Of a stretch of 64,000 nucleotides of DNA, positions 13,601 to 27,900 are shown one piece after another. A model generated the notes under the pieces. The model did no database searches. It had not been told where the DNA came from and saw only the letters and a list, made by a program, of their open reading frames with translations. Position 1 is the first letter of the stretch, and each line of letters begins with the position of its first letter. Source of the DNA: the human T2T-CHM13v2.0 reference genome, Homo sapiens; the NCBI RefSeq assembly GCF_009914755.1, contig NC_060939.1; one strand, given 5' to 3'. Both the position numbers and the translations under genes were made by a program.

Positions 13601-16600
13601 ATTACTTTCATTTCCATTCAATTCCATTCCATTTGATTCCATTCCACTCGGTTTCATTCCATTTGAGTCCACTCCATTCCATTCCATTCCATTCCATTCT
13701 GTTCCATTCCATTCCGTTCCATTACATTCCATTCCATTCGGTACCATTCCATATTGTTCCATTCGATTCCATTCGAATCCATTCCATTCCAGTCCATTCC
13801 ATTCGATTCCATTCCATTCATTTCAATTCCATTCCATTCCATTCCATTACATTCCTCTTGATTCCTCTCCATTCCCTTCCACTGCATTCCGTTCGATTCC
13901 ATTCCATTGCATTGCATTCCATTCCATTGGATTGCATTCCATTCGATTCCATTCCATTCGAATCAATTACATAGCAATCCATTACATTCGAGTCTATTCT
14001 CTTCCGTTCCATTCGATTTCGTTCCAATCCATTCGATTCCATTCCATTCGATTCCATTCCATACTATTGCATTCCATTCGGTTACATTATATTCGAATAA
14101 GTTCCATTCAAGACCATTTCTTTTGAGTCCATTCTATTTGAGTCCATTCCCTTTGATTCCATAACATTTGAGTCCATTCAATTCCATTCCTTTCGTTTCC
14201 ATTCCATTTGATGCCATTCCATTCAATTCTGTTCTACTCGACTCCAATACATTCAATTCCATTCCATCCGATTCCATTACATTCTTTTCATTTCTTATCC
14301 ATTTCAAGCCATTCCACTCCATTCCATTCCACTCGTTTCCTTTCCATTCGAGTCCATTCCTCTCCAGTCCATTCCGTTCAATCCATTCCATTCCAGTCCA
14401 TTCCATTCGAGTCCGTTCCATTCCAGTCCATTCCATTCGAGTCAATTCCATTCCATTCGATGTCTTTCCATAACGATCCATTCCATTCTATTCCTTTCGA
14501 TTCCATTCCATTCTATTTCATTCCATTCGATTCCCTTCCATTGGACTCCTTTCCATTCGAGTGCATTCCATTCCGTTCCATTTCTTTCCGTTCTGTACGA
14601 TTCCTACCGTTCGATTTCATTTTGTTCCAGTCCATTCCTTTCGCGTCCATTCCATTCCATTTCACTCCATTCGATTCCATTCCACTCGATTCCACTTCGT
14701 TCCATTTCATTGCATTCCATTCTATTCAACTCTATTGCCTTCCATTCCATTCCATTCGATTACATTCCATGCGATTCCATTCGAAATCGAATCAATTACA
14801 TTGCAATCCATTACTATTGAGTCCGTTTTATTCCAGTCCACTGCATTCTGGTCCATTCCATTTGATTCCATTCCATTCTATTCCATTCCATACAGTTGCA
14901 TTCCATTGGATTCCATGCTATATCTATAAATTCAATTGGAGACCATTGCTTTTGAGTCCATTCTATATGATTCCATTCCATTCAAGTCCATTACATTTGG
15001 TTCAATTCCATTCCATTCCATTCCCCTCCATTCCATTCCATTTGATATCAATCCATTCGATTCCATTCCATTCGAGCACATTCCATTCGAGTCCATTCCA
15101 TTCGATGCCATTCCATTTTATTCTATTCCATTAGTCTCCATTCAATTCCATTAATCTCCTTTCCTTTCCATTCTATTCCAACTGATTCCATTCCATTCTA
15201 TTCCTTTCCATTCCATTTCATTCCATTCCATTCCATTTCATTCCATTCCATTCCATTCGTGTCCATTCCACTCCAGTCCATTCCATTCGTGTCCATTCCA
15301 TTCCAGTCCATTCCATTTGTGTCCACTGCATTCCATTCCACTCCATTCCATATTATTCCATTACACTCCATTCCATTCTATTACTTTCATTTCCATTCAA
15401 TTCCATTCCATTTGATTCCATTCCACTCGGTTTCATTCCATTTGAGTCCACTCCATTCCATTCCATTCCATTCCATTCAGTTTCATTCCATTCTGTTCCA
15501 TTCCATTCCGTTCCATTACATTCCATTCCATTCGGTACCATTCCATATTGTTCCATTCGATTCCATTCGAATCCATTCCATTCCAGTCCATTCCATTCGA
15601 TTCCATTCCATTCATTTCAATTCCATTCCATTCCATTCCATTACATTCCACTTGATTCCTCTCCATTCCCTTCCACTGCATTCCGTTCGATTCCATTCCA
15701 TTGCATTGCATTCCATTCCATTGGATTGCATTCCATTCGATTCCATTCCATTCGAATCAATTACATAGCAATCCATTACATTCGAGTCTATTCTCTTCCG
15801 TTCCATTCGTTTTCGTTCCAATCCATTCGATTCCATTCCATTCGATTCCATTCCATACTATTGCATTCCATTCGATTACATTATATTCGAATAAGTTCCA
15901 TTCAAGACCATTTCTTTTGAGTCCATTCTATTTGAGTCCATTCCCTTTGATTCCATAACATTTGAGTCCATTCAATTCCATTCCTTTCGTTTCCATTCCA
16001 TTTGATGCCATTCCATTCAATTCTGTTCTACTCGACTCCAATACATTCAATTCCATTCCATCCGATTCCATTACATTCTTTTCATTTCTTATCCATTTCA
16101 AGCCATTCCACTCCATTCCATTCCACTCGTTTCCTTTCCATTCGAGTCCATTCCTCTCCAGTCCATTCCGTTCAATCCATTCCATTCCAGTCCATTCCAT
16201 TCGAGTCCGTTCCATTCCAGTCCATTCCATTCGAGTCAATTCCATTCCATTCGATGTCTTTCCATAACGAACCATTCCATTCTATTCCTTTCGATTCCAT
16301 TCCATTCTATTTCATTCCATTCGATTCCCTTCCATTGGACTCCTTTCCATTCGAGTGCATTCCATTCCTTTCCATTTCTTTCCGTTCTGTACGATTCCTA
16401 CCGTTCGATTTCATTTTGTTCCAGTCCATTCCTTTCGCGTCCATTCCATTCCATTTCACTCCATTCGATTCCATTCCACTCGATTCCACTTCGTTCCATT
16501 TCATTGCATTCCATTCTATTCAACTCTATTGCCTTCCATTCCATTCCATTCGATTACATTCCATGCGATTCCATTCGAAATCGAATCAATTACATTGCAA

Positions 16601-19600
16601 TCCATTACTATTGAGTCCGTTTTATTCCAGTCCACTGCATTCTGGTCCATTCCATTTGATTCCATTCCATTCTATTCCATTCCATACAGTTGCATTCCAT
16701 TGGATTCCATGCTATATCTATAAATTCAATTCGAGACCATTGCTTTTGAGTCCATTCTATATGATTCCATTCCATTCAAGTCCATTACATTTGGTTCAAT
16801 TCCATTCCATTCCATTCCCTTCCATTCCATTCCATTTGATATCAATCCATTCGATTCCATTCCATTCGAGCACATTCCATTCCACTCCATTCCATTCGAT
16901 GCCATTCCATTTGATTCTATTCCATTAGTCTCCATTCAATTCCATTAATCTCCATTCCATTCCATTCTACTCCAACTGATTCCATTCCATTCTATTCCTT
17001 TCCATTCCATTTCATTCCATTCCATTCCATTTCATTCCATTCCATTCCATTCGTGTCCATTCCACTCCAGTCCATTCCATTCGTGTCCATTCCATTCCAG
17101 TCCATTCCATTTTTGTCCACTGCATTCCATTCCACTCCATTCCATATTATTCCATTACACTCCATTCCATTCTATTACTTTCATTTCCATTCAATTCCAT
17201 TCCATTTGATTCCATTCCACTCGGTTTCATTCCATTTGAGTCCACTCCATTCCATTCCATTCCATTCAGTTCCATTCCATTCTGTTCCATTCCATTCCGT
17301 TCCATTACATTCCATTCCATTCGGTACCATTCCATATTGTTCCATTCGATTCCATTCGAATCCATTCCATTCCAGTCCATTCCATTCGATTCCATTCCAT
17401 TCATTTCAATTCCATTCCATTCCATTCCATTCCATTCCACTTGATTCCTCTCCATTCCCTTCCACTGCATTCCGTTCGATTCCATTCCATTGCATTGCAT
17501 TCCATTCCATTGGATTGCATTCCATTCGATTCCATTCCATTCGAATCAATTACATAGCAATCAATTACATTCGAGTCTATTCTCTTCCGTTCCATTCGAT
17601 TTCGTTCCAATCCATTCGATTCCATTCCATTCGATTCCATTCCATACTATTGCATTCCATTTGATTACATTATATTCGAATAAGTTCCATTCAAGACCAT
17701 TTCTTTTGAGTCCATTCTATTTGAGTCCATTCCCTTTGATTCCATAACATTTGAGTCCATTCAATTCCATTCCTTTCGTTTCCATTCCATTTGATGCCAT
17801 TCCATTCAATTCTGTTCTACTCGACTCCAATACATTCAATTCCATTCCATCCGATTCCATTACATTCTTTTCATTTCTTATCCATTTCAAGCCATTCCAC
17901 TCCATTCCATTCCACTCGTTTCCTTTCCATTCGAGTCCATTCCTCTCCAGTCCATTCCGTTCAATCCATTCCATTCCAGTCCATTCCATTCGAGTCCGTT
18001 CCATTCCAGTCCATTCCATTCGAGTCAATTCCATTCCATTCGATGTCTTTCCATAACGATCCATTCCATTCTATTCCTTTCGATTCCATTCCATTCTATT
18101 TCATTCCATTCGATTCCCTTCCATTGGACTCCTTTCCATTCGAGTGCATTCCATTCCGTTCCATTTCTTTCCGTTCTGTACGATTCCTACCGTTCGATTT
18201 CATTTTGTTCCAGCCCATTCCTTTCGCGTCCATTCCATTCCATTTCACTACATTCGATTCCATTCCATTCGATTCCATTCTACTCGATTCCACTTCGTTC
18301 CATTTCATTGCATTCCATTCTATTCAACTCTATTGCCTTCCATTCCATTCCATTCGATTACATTCCATGCGATTCCATTCGAAATCGAATCAATTACATT
18401 GAAATTCATTACTATTTAGTCCGTTTTATTCCAGTCCACTGCATTCTGGTCCATTCCATTTGATTCCATTCCATTCTATTCCATTCCATACAGTTGCATT
18501 CCATTGGATTCCATGCTATATCTATAAATTCAATTCGAGACCATTGCTTTTGAGTCCATTCTATATGATTCCATTCCATTCAAGTCCATTACATTTGGTT
18601 CAATTCCATTCCATTCCATTCCCTTCCATTCCATTCCATTTGATATCAATCCATTCGATTCCATTCCATTCGAGCACATTCCATTCGAGTCCATTCCATT
18701 CGATGCCATTCCATTTGATTCTATTCCATTAGTCTCCATTCAATTCCATTAATCTCCTTTCCATTCCATTCTACTCCAACTGATTCCATTCCATTCTATT
18801 CCTTTCCATTCCATTTCATTCCATTCCATTCCATTTCATTCCTTTCCATTCCATTCGTGTCCATTCCACTCCAGTCCATTCCATTCGTGTCCATTCCATT
18901 CCAGTCCATTCCATTTGTGTCCACTGCATTCCATTCCACTCCATTCCATATTACTCCATTACACTCCATTCCATTCTATGACTTTCATTTCCATTCAATT
19001 CCATTCCATTTGATTCCATTCCACTCGGTTTCATTCCATTTGAGTCCACTCCATTCCATTCCATTCCATTCAGTTCCATTCCATTCTGTTCCATTCCATT
19101 CCGTTCCATTACATTCCATTCCATTCGGTACCATTCCATATTGTTCCATTCGATTCCATTCGAATCCATTCCATTCCAGTCCATTCCATTCGATTCCATT
19201 CCATTCATTTCAATTCCATTCCATTCCATTCCATTACATTCCACTTGATTCCTCTCCATTCCCTTCCACTGCATTCCGTTCGATTCCATTCCATTGCATT
19301 GTATTCCATTCCATTGGATTGCATTCCATTCGATTCCATTCCATTCGAATCAATTACATAGCAATCCATTACATTCGAGTCTATTCTATTCCGTTCCATT
19401 CGATTTCGTTCCAATCCATTCGATTCCATTCCATTCGATTCCATTCCATACTATTGCATTCCATTCGATTACATTATATTCGAATAAGTTCCATTCAAGA
19501 CCATTTCTTTTGAGTCCATTCTATTTGAGTCCATTCCCTTTGATTCCATAACATTTGAGTCCATTCAATTCCATTCCTTTCGTTTCCATTCCATTTGATG

Positions 19601-22600
19601 CCATTCCATTCAATTCTGTTCTACTCGACTCCAATACATTCAATTCCATTCCATCCGATTCCATTACATTCTTTTCATTTCTTATCCATTTCAAGCCATT
19701 CCACTCCATTCCATTCCACACGTTTCCTTTCCATTCGAGTCCATTCCTCTCCAGTCCATTCCGTTCAATCCATTCCATTCCAGTCCATTCCATTCGAGTC
19801 CGTTCCATTCCAGTCCATTCCATTCGAGTCAATTCCATTCCATTCGAGGTCTTTCCATAACGATCCATTCCATTCTATTCCTTTCGATTCCATTCCATTC
19901 TATTTCATTCCATTCGATTCCCTTCCATTGGACTCCTTTCCATTCGAGTGCATTCCATTCCTTTCCATTTCTTTCCGTTCTGTACGATTCCTACCGTTCG
20001 ATTTCATTTTGTTCCAGTCCATTCCTTTCGCGTCCATTCCATTCCATTTCACTCCATTCGATTCCATTCCACTCGATTCCACTTCGTTCCATTTCATTGC
20101 ATTCCATTCTATTCAACTCTATTGCCTTCCATTCCATTTCATTCGATTACATTCCATGCGATTCCATTCGAAATCGAATCAATTACATTGCAATCCATTA
20201 CTATTGAGTCCGTTTTATTCCAGTCCACTGCATTCTGGTCCATTCCATTTGATTCCATTCCATTCTATTCCATTCCATACAGTTGCATTCCATTGGATTC
20301 CATGCTATATCTATAAATTCAATTCGAGACCATTGCTTTTGAGTCCATTCTATATGATTCCATTCCATTCAAGTCCATTACATTTGGTTCAATTCCATTC
20401 CATTCCATTCCCTTCCATTCCATTCCATTTGATATCAATCCATTCGATTCCATTCCATTCGAGCACATTCCATTCGAGTCCATTCCATTCGATGCCATTC
20501 CATTTGATTCTATTCCATTAGTCTCCATTCAATTCCATTAATCTCCATTCCATTCCATTCTACTCCAACTGATTCCATTCCATTCTATTCCTTTCCATTC
20601 CATTTCATTCCATTCCATTCCATTTCATTCCATTCCATTCCATTCGTGTCCATTCCACTCCAGTCCATTCCATTCGTGTCCATTCCATTCCAGTCCATTC
20701 CATTTGTGTCCACTGCATTCCATTCCACTCCATTCCATATTATTCCATTACACTCCATTCCATTCTATTACTTTCATTTCCATTCAATTCCATTCCATTT
20801 GATTCCATTCCACTCGGTTTCATTCCATTTGAGTCCACTCCATTCCATTCCATTCCATTCAGTTCCATTCCATTCTGTTCCATTCCATTCCGTTCCATTA
20901 CATTCCATTCCATTCGGTACCATTCCATATTGTTCCATTCGATTCCATTCGAATCCATTCCATTCCAGTCCATTCCATTCGATTCCATTCCATTCATTTC
21001 AATTCCATTCCATTCCATTCCATTCCATTCCACTTGATTCCTCTCCATTCCCTTCCACTGCATTCCGTTCGATTCCATTCCATTGCATTGCATTCCATTC
21101 CATTGGATTGCATTCCATTCGATTCCATTCCATTCGAATCAATTACATAGCAATCAATTACATTCGCGTCTATTCTCTTCCGTTCCATTCGATTTCGTTC
21201 CAATCCATTCGATTCCATTCCATTCGATTCCATTCCATACTATTGCATTCCATTTGATTACATTATATTCGAATAAGTTCCATTCAAGACCATTTCTTTT
21301 GAGTCCATTCTATTTGAGTCCATTCCCTTTGATTCCATAACATTTGAGTCCATTCAATTCCATTCCTTTCGTTTCCATTCCATTTGATGCCATTCCATTC
21401 AATTCTGTTCTACTCGACTCCAATACATTCAATTCCATTCCATCCGATTCCATTATATTCTTTTCATTTCTTATCCATTTCAAGCCATTCCACTCCATTC
21501 CATTCCACTCGTTTCCTTTCCATTCGAGTCCATTCCTCTCCAGTCCATTCCGTTCAATCCATTCCATTCCAGTCCATTCCATTCGAGTCCGTTCCATTCC
21601 AGTCCATTCCATTCGAGTCAATTCCATTCCATTCGATGTCTTTCCATAACGATCCATTCCATTCTATTCCTTTTGATTCCATTCCATTCTATTTCATTCC
21701 ATTCGATTCCCTTCCATTGGACTCCTTTCCATTCGAGTGCATTCCATTCCGTTCCATTTCTTTCCGTTCTGTACGATTCCTACCGTTCGATTTCATTTTG
21801 TTCCAGTCCATTCCTTTCGCGTCCATTCCATTCCATTTCACTACATTCGATTCCATTCCATTCGATTCCATTCTACTCGATTCCACTTCGTTCCATTTCA
21901 TTGCATTCCATTCTATTCAACTCTATTGCCTTCCATTCCATTCCATTCGATTACATTCCATGCGATTCCATTCGAAATCGAATCAATTACATTGAAATTC
22001 ATTACTATTGAGTCCGTTTTATTCCAGTCCACTGCATTCTGTTCCATTCCATTTGATTCCATTCCATTCTATTCCATTCCATACAGTTGCATTCCATTGG
22101 ATTCCATGCTATATCTATAAATTCAATTCGAGACCATTGCTTTTGAGTCCATTCTATATGATTCCATTCCATTCAAGTCCATTACATTTGGTTCAATTCC
22201 ATTCCATTCCATTCCCTTCCATTCCATTCCATTTGATATCAATCCATTCGATTCCATTCCATTCGAGCACATTCCATTCGAGTCCATTCCATTCGATGCC
22301 ATTCCATTTGATTCTATTCCATTAGTCTCCATTCAATTCCATTAATCTCCTTTCCATTCCATTCTACTCCAACTGATTCCATTCCATTCTATTCCTTTCC
22401 ATTCCATTTCATTCCATTCCATTCCATTTCATTCCATTCCATTCCATTCGTGTCCATTCCACTCCAGTCCATTCCATTCGTGTCCATTCCATTCCAGTCC
22501 ATTCCATTTGTGTCCACTGCATTCCATTCCACTCCATTCCATATTATTCCATTACACTCCATTCCATTCTATTACTTTCATTTCCATTCAATTCCATTCC

Positions 22601-23187
22601 ATTTGATTCCATTCCACTCGGTTTCATTCCATTTGAGTCCACTCCATTCCATTCCATTCCATTCAGTTCCATTCCATTCTGTTCCATTCCATTCCGTTCC
22701 ATTACATTCCATTCCATTCGGTACCATTCCATATTGTTCCATTCGATTCCATTCGAATCCATTCCATTCCAGTCCATTCCATTCGATTCCATTCCATTCA
22801 TTTCAATTCCATTCCATTCCATTCCATTACATTCCACTTGATTCCTCTCCATTCCCTTCCACTGCATTCCGTTCGATTCCATTCCATTGCATTGTATTCC
22901 ATTCCATTGGATTGCATTCCATTCGATTCCATTCCATTCGAATCAATTATATAGCAATCCATTACATTCGAGTCTATTCTATTCCGTTCCATTCGATTTC
23001 GTTCCAATCCATTCGATTCCATTCCATTCGATTCCATTCCATACTATTGCATTCCATTCGATTACATTATATTCGAATAAGTTCCATTCAAGACCATTTC
23101 TTTTGAGTCCATTCTATTTGAGTCCATTCCCTTTGATTCCATAACATTTGAGTCCATTCAATTCCATTCCTTTCGTTTCCATTCCAT
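10605..23187 (+). repeat. Further ~3.6-kb dimer blocks (offset 3603 at 10.6-17.8 kb; offset 3593 at 16.0-23.2 kb)
   Basis: Offset 3603: cattttattc and ctcctttcctttccattctattccaac at ~11511-11580 and ~15114-15183. Offset 3593: gcaatcaattac (~17557/21150), the 15-bp insertion with gaaattc (~18400/21993) and attgtattcc (~19298/22891). Confidence 0.85.
12601..12660 (+). repeat. Private 30-bp tandem duplication within one unit
   Basis: agtccgttccattccagtccattccattcg is followed by attccgttccattccagtccattccattcg (one mismatch). The ORFs of this unit are 10 aa longer (318 vs 308 aa, 125 vs 115 aa). Confidence 0.9.
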
Positions 23188-24951
23188 TTGATGCCATTCC
23201 ATTCAATTCTGTTCTACTCGACTCCAATACATTCAATTCCATTCCATCCGATTCCATTATATTCTTTTCATTTCTTATCCATTTCAAGCCATTCCACTCC
23301 ATTCCATTCCACTCGTTTCCTTTCCATTCGAGTCCATTCCTCTCCAGTCCATTCCGTTCAATCCATTCCATTCCAGTCCATTCCATTCGAGTCCGTTCCA
23401 TTCCAGTCCATTCCATTCGAGTCAATTCCATTCCATTCGATGTCTTTCCATAACGATCCATTCCATTCTATTCCTTTCGATTCCATTCCATTCTATTTCA
23501 TTCCATTCGATTCCCTTCCATTGGACTCCTTTCCATTCGAGTGCATTCCATTCCTTTCCATTTCTTTCCGTGCTGTACGATTCCTACCGTTCGATTTCAT
23601 TTTGTTCCAGTCCATTCCTTTCGCGTCCATTCCATTCCATTTCACTCCATTCGATTCCATTCCACTCGATTCCACTTCGTTCCATTTCATTGCATTCCAT
23701 TCTATTCAACTCTATTGCCTTCCATTCCATTCCATTCGATTACATTCCATGCGATTCCATTCGAAATCGAATCAATTACATTGCAATCCATTACTATTGA
23801 GTCCGTTTTATTCCAGTCCACTGCATTCTGGTCCATTCCATTTGATTCCATTCCATTCTATTCCATTCCATACAGTTGCATTCCATTGGATTCCATGCTA
23901 TATCTATAAATTCAATTCGAGACCATTGCTTTTGAGTCCATTCTATATGATTCCATTCCATTCAAGTCCATTACATTTGGTTCAATTCCATTCCATTCCA
24001 TTCCCTTCCATTCCATTCCAGTTGATATCAATCCTTTCGATTCCATTCCATTCGAGCACATTCCATTCGAGTCCATTCCATTTGATGCCATTCCATTTGA
24101 TTCTATTCCAATAGTCTCCATTCAATTCCATTAATCTCCATTCCATTCCATTCTACTCCAACTGATTCCATTCCATTCTATTCCTTTCCATTCCATTTCA
24201 TTCCATTCCATTCCATTTCATTCCATTCCATTCCATTCGTGTCCATTCCACTCCAGTCCATTCCACTTGTGTCCATTCCATTCCAGTCCATTCCATTTGT
24301 GTCCACTGCATTCCATTCCACTCCATTCCATATTATTCCATTACACTCCATTCCATTCCATTACTTTCATTTCCATTCAATTCCATTCCATTTGATTCCA
24401 TTCCACTCGGTTTCATTCCATTTGAGTCCACTCCATTCCATTCCATTCTGTTCCATTCCATTCCGTTCCATTACATTCCATTCCATTCGGTACCATTCCA
24501 TGTTGTTCCATTCGATTCCATTCGAATCCATTCCATTCCATTCCATTCCATTCGATTCCATTCCATTCATTTCAATTCCATTCCATTCCATTCCATTCCA
24601 CTTGATTCCTCTCCATTCCCTACCACTGCATTCCGTTCGATTCCATTCCATTGCATTGCATTCCATTCCATTGGATTGCATTCCATTCGATTCCATTCCA
24701 TTCGAATCAATTACATAGCAATCAATTACATTCGAGTCTATTCTATTCCGTTCCATACGATTTCGTTCCAATCCATTCGATTCCATTCCATTCGATTCCA
24801 TTCCATACTATTGCATTCCATTCGATTACATTATATTCGAATAAGTTCCATTCAAGACCATTTCTTTTGAGTCCATTCTATTTGAGTCCATTCCCTTTGA
24901 TTCCATAACATTTGAGTCCATTCAATTCCATTCCTTTCGTTTCCATTCCAT

Positions 24952-27900
24952 TTGAGGCCATTCCATTCAATTCTGTTCTACTCGACTCCAATACATTCAA
25001 TTCCATTCCATCCGATTCCATTACATTCTTTTCATTTCTTATCCATTTCAAGCCATTCCACTCCATTCCATTCCACTCGTTTCCTTTCCAGTCGAGTCCA
25101 TTCCTCTCCAGTCCATTCCGTTCAATCCATTCCATTCCAGTCCATTCCATTCGTGTCCGTTCCATTCCAGTCCATTCCATTCGAGTCAATTCCATCCCAT
25201 TCGATGTCTTTCCATAACGATCCATTCCATTCTATTCCTTTCGATTCCATTCCATTCTATTTCATTCCATTCGATTCCCTTCCATTGGACTCCTTTCCAT
25301 TCGAGTGCATTCCATTCCGTTCCATTTCTTTCCGTTCTGTACGATTCCTACCGTTCGATTTCATTTTGTTCCAGTCCATTCCTTTCGCGTCCATTCCATT
25401 CCATTTCACTCCATTCGATTCCATTCCACTCGATTCCACTTCGTTCCATTTCATTGCATTCCATTCTATTCAACTCTATTGCCTTCCATTCCATTCCATT
25501 CGATTACATTCCATGCGATTCCATTCGAAATCGAATCAATTACATTGCAATCCATTACAATTGCGTCCGTTTTATTCCTGTCCACTGCATTCTGGTCCAT
25601 TCCATTTGATTCCATTCCATTCTATTCCATTCCATACAGTTGCATTCCATTGGATTCCATGCTATATCTATAAATTCAATTCGAGACCATTGCTTTTGAG
25701 TCCATTCTATATGATTCCATTCCATTCAAGTCCATTGCATTTGGTTCAATTCCATTCCATTCCATTCCCTTCCATTCCATTCCAGTTGATATCAATCCAT
25801 TCGATTCCATTCCATTCGAGCACATTCCATTCGAGTCCATTCCATTCGATGCCATTCCATTTGATTCTATTCCATTAGTCTCCATTCAATTCCATTAATC
25901 TCCATTCCATTCCATTCTACTCCAACTGATTCCATTCCATTCTATTCCTTTCCATTCCATTTCATTCCATTCCATTCCATTTCATTCCATTCCATTCCAT
26001 TCGCTTCCATTCCATTCGTGTCCATTCCACTCCAGTCCATTCCATTCGTGTCCATTCCATTCCAGTCCATTCCATTTGTGTCCACTGCATTCCATTCCAC
26101 TCCATTCCATATTATTCCATTACACTCCCTTCCATTCTATTACTTTCATTTCCATTCAATTCCATTCCATTTGATTCCATTCCACTCGGTTTCATTCCAT
26201 TTGAGTCCACTCCATTCCATTCCATTCCATTCCATTCAGTTCCATTCCATTCTGTTCCATTCCATTCCGTTCCATTGCATTCCATTCCATTCGGTACCAT
26301 TCCATATTGTTCCATTTGATTCCATTCGAATCCATTCCATTCCAGTCCATTCCATTCGATTCCATTCCATTCCTTTCAATTCCATTCCATTCCATTCCAT
26401 TCCACTTGATTCCACTCCATTCCCTTCCACTGCATTCCATTCGATTCCATTCCATTGCATTGCATTCCATTCCATTGGACTGCATTCCATTCGATTCCAT
26501 TCCATTCGAATCAATTACATAGCAATCCATTACATTCGAGTCTATTCTATTCCGTTCCATTCGATTTCGTTCCAATCCATTCGATTCCATTCCATTCGAT
26601 TCCATTCAATACTATTGCATTCCATTCGATTACATTATATTCGAATAAGTTCCATTCAAGACCATTTCTTTTGAGTCCATTCGATTTGAGTCCATTCCCT
26701 TTGATTCCATAACATTTGAGTCCATTCAATTCCATTCCTTTCATTTCCATTCCATTTGATGCCATTCCATTCAATTCTGTTCTACTCGACTCCAATACAT
26801 TCAATTCCATTCCATCCGATTCCATTACATTCTTTTCATTTCTTATCCATTTCAAGTCATTCCACTCCATTCCATTCCACTCGTTTCCTTTCCATTCGAG
26901 TCCATTCCTCTCCAGTCCATTCCGTTCAATCCATTCCATTCCAGTCCATTCCATTCCAGTCCGTTCCATTCCAGACCATTCCATTCGAGTCAATTCCATT
27001 CCATTCGATGTCTTTCCATAACGATCCATTCCATTCTATTCCTTTCGATTCCATTCCATTCTATTTCATTCCATTCGATTCCCTTCCATTGGACTCCTTT
27101 CCATTCGAGTGCATTCCATTCCGTTCCATTTCTTTCCGTTCTGTACGATTCCTACCGTTCGATTTCATTTTGTTCCAGTCCATTCCTTTCGCCTCCATTC
27201 CATTCCATTTCACTCCATTCGATTCCATTCCACTCGATTCCACTTCGTTCCATTTCATTGCATTCCATTCTATTCAACTCTATTGCCTTCCATTCCATTC
27301 CATTCGATTACATTCCATGCGATTCCATTCGAAATCGAATCAATTACATTGCAATCCATTACAATTGAGTCCGTTTTATTCCAGTCCACTGCATTCTGGT
27401 CCATTCCATTTGATTCCATTCCATTCTATTCCATTCCATACAGTTGCATTCCATTGGATTCCATGCTATATCTATAAATTCAATTCGAGACCATTGCTTT
27501 TGAGTCCATTCTATATGATTCCATTCCATTCAAGTCCATTACATTTGGTTCAATTCCATTCCATTCCATTCCCTTCCATTCCATTCCAGTTGATATCAAT
27601 CCTTTCGATTCCATTCCATTCGAGCACATTCCATTCGAGTCCATTCCATTCGATGCCATTCCATTTGATTCTATTCCATTAGTCTCCATTCAATTCCATT
27701 AATCTCCATTCCATTCCATTCTACTCCAACTGATTCCATTCCATTCTATTCCTTTCCATTCCATTTCATTCCATTCCATTCCATTTCATTCCATTCCATT
27801 CCATTCGTGTCCATTCCACTCCAGTCCATTCCATTCGTGTCCATTCCATTCCAGTCCATTCCATTTGTGTCCACTGCATTCCATTCCACTCCATTCCATA

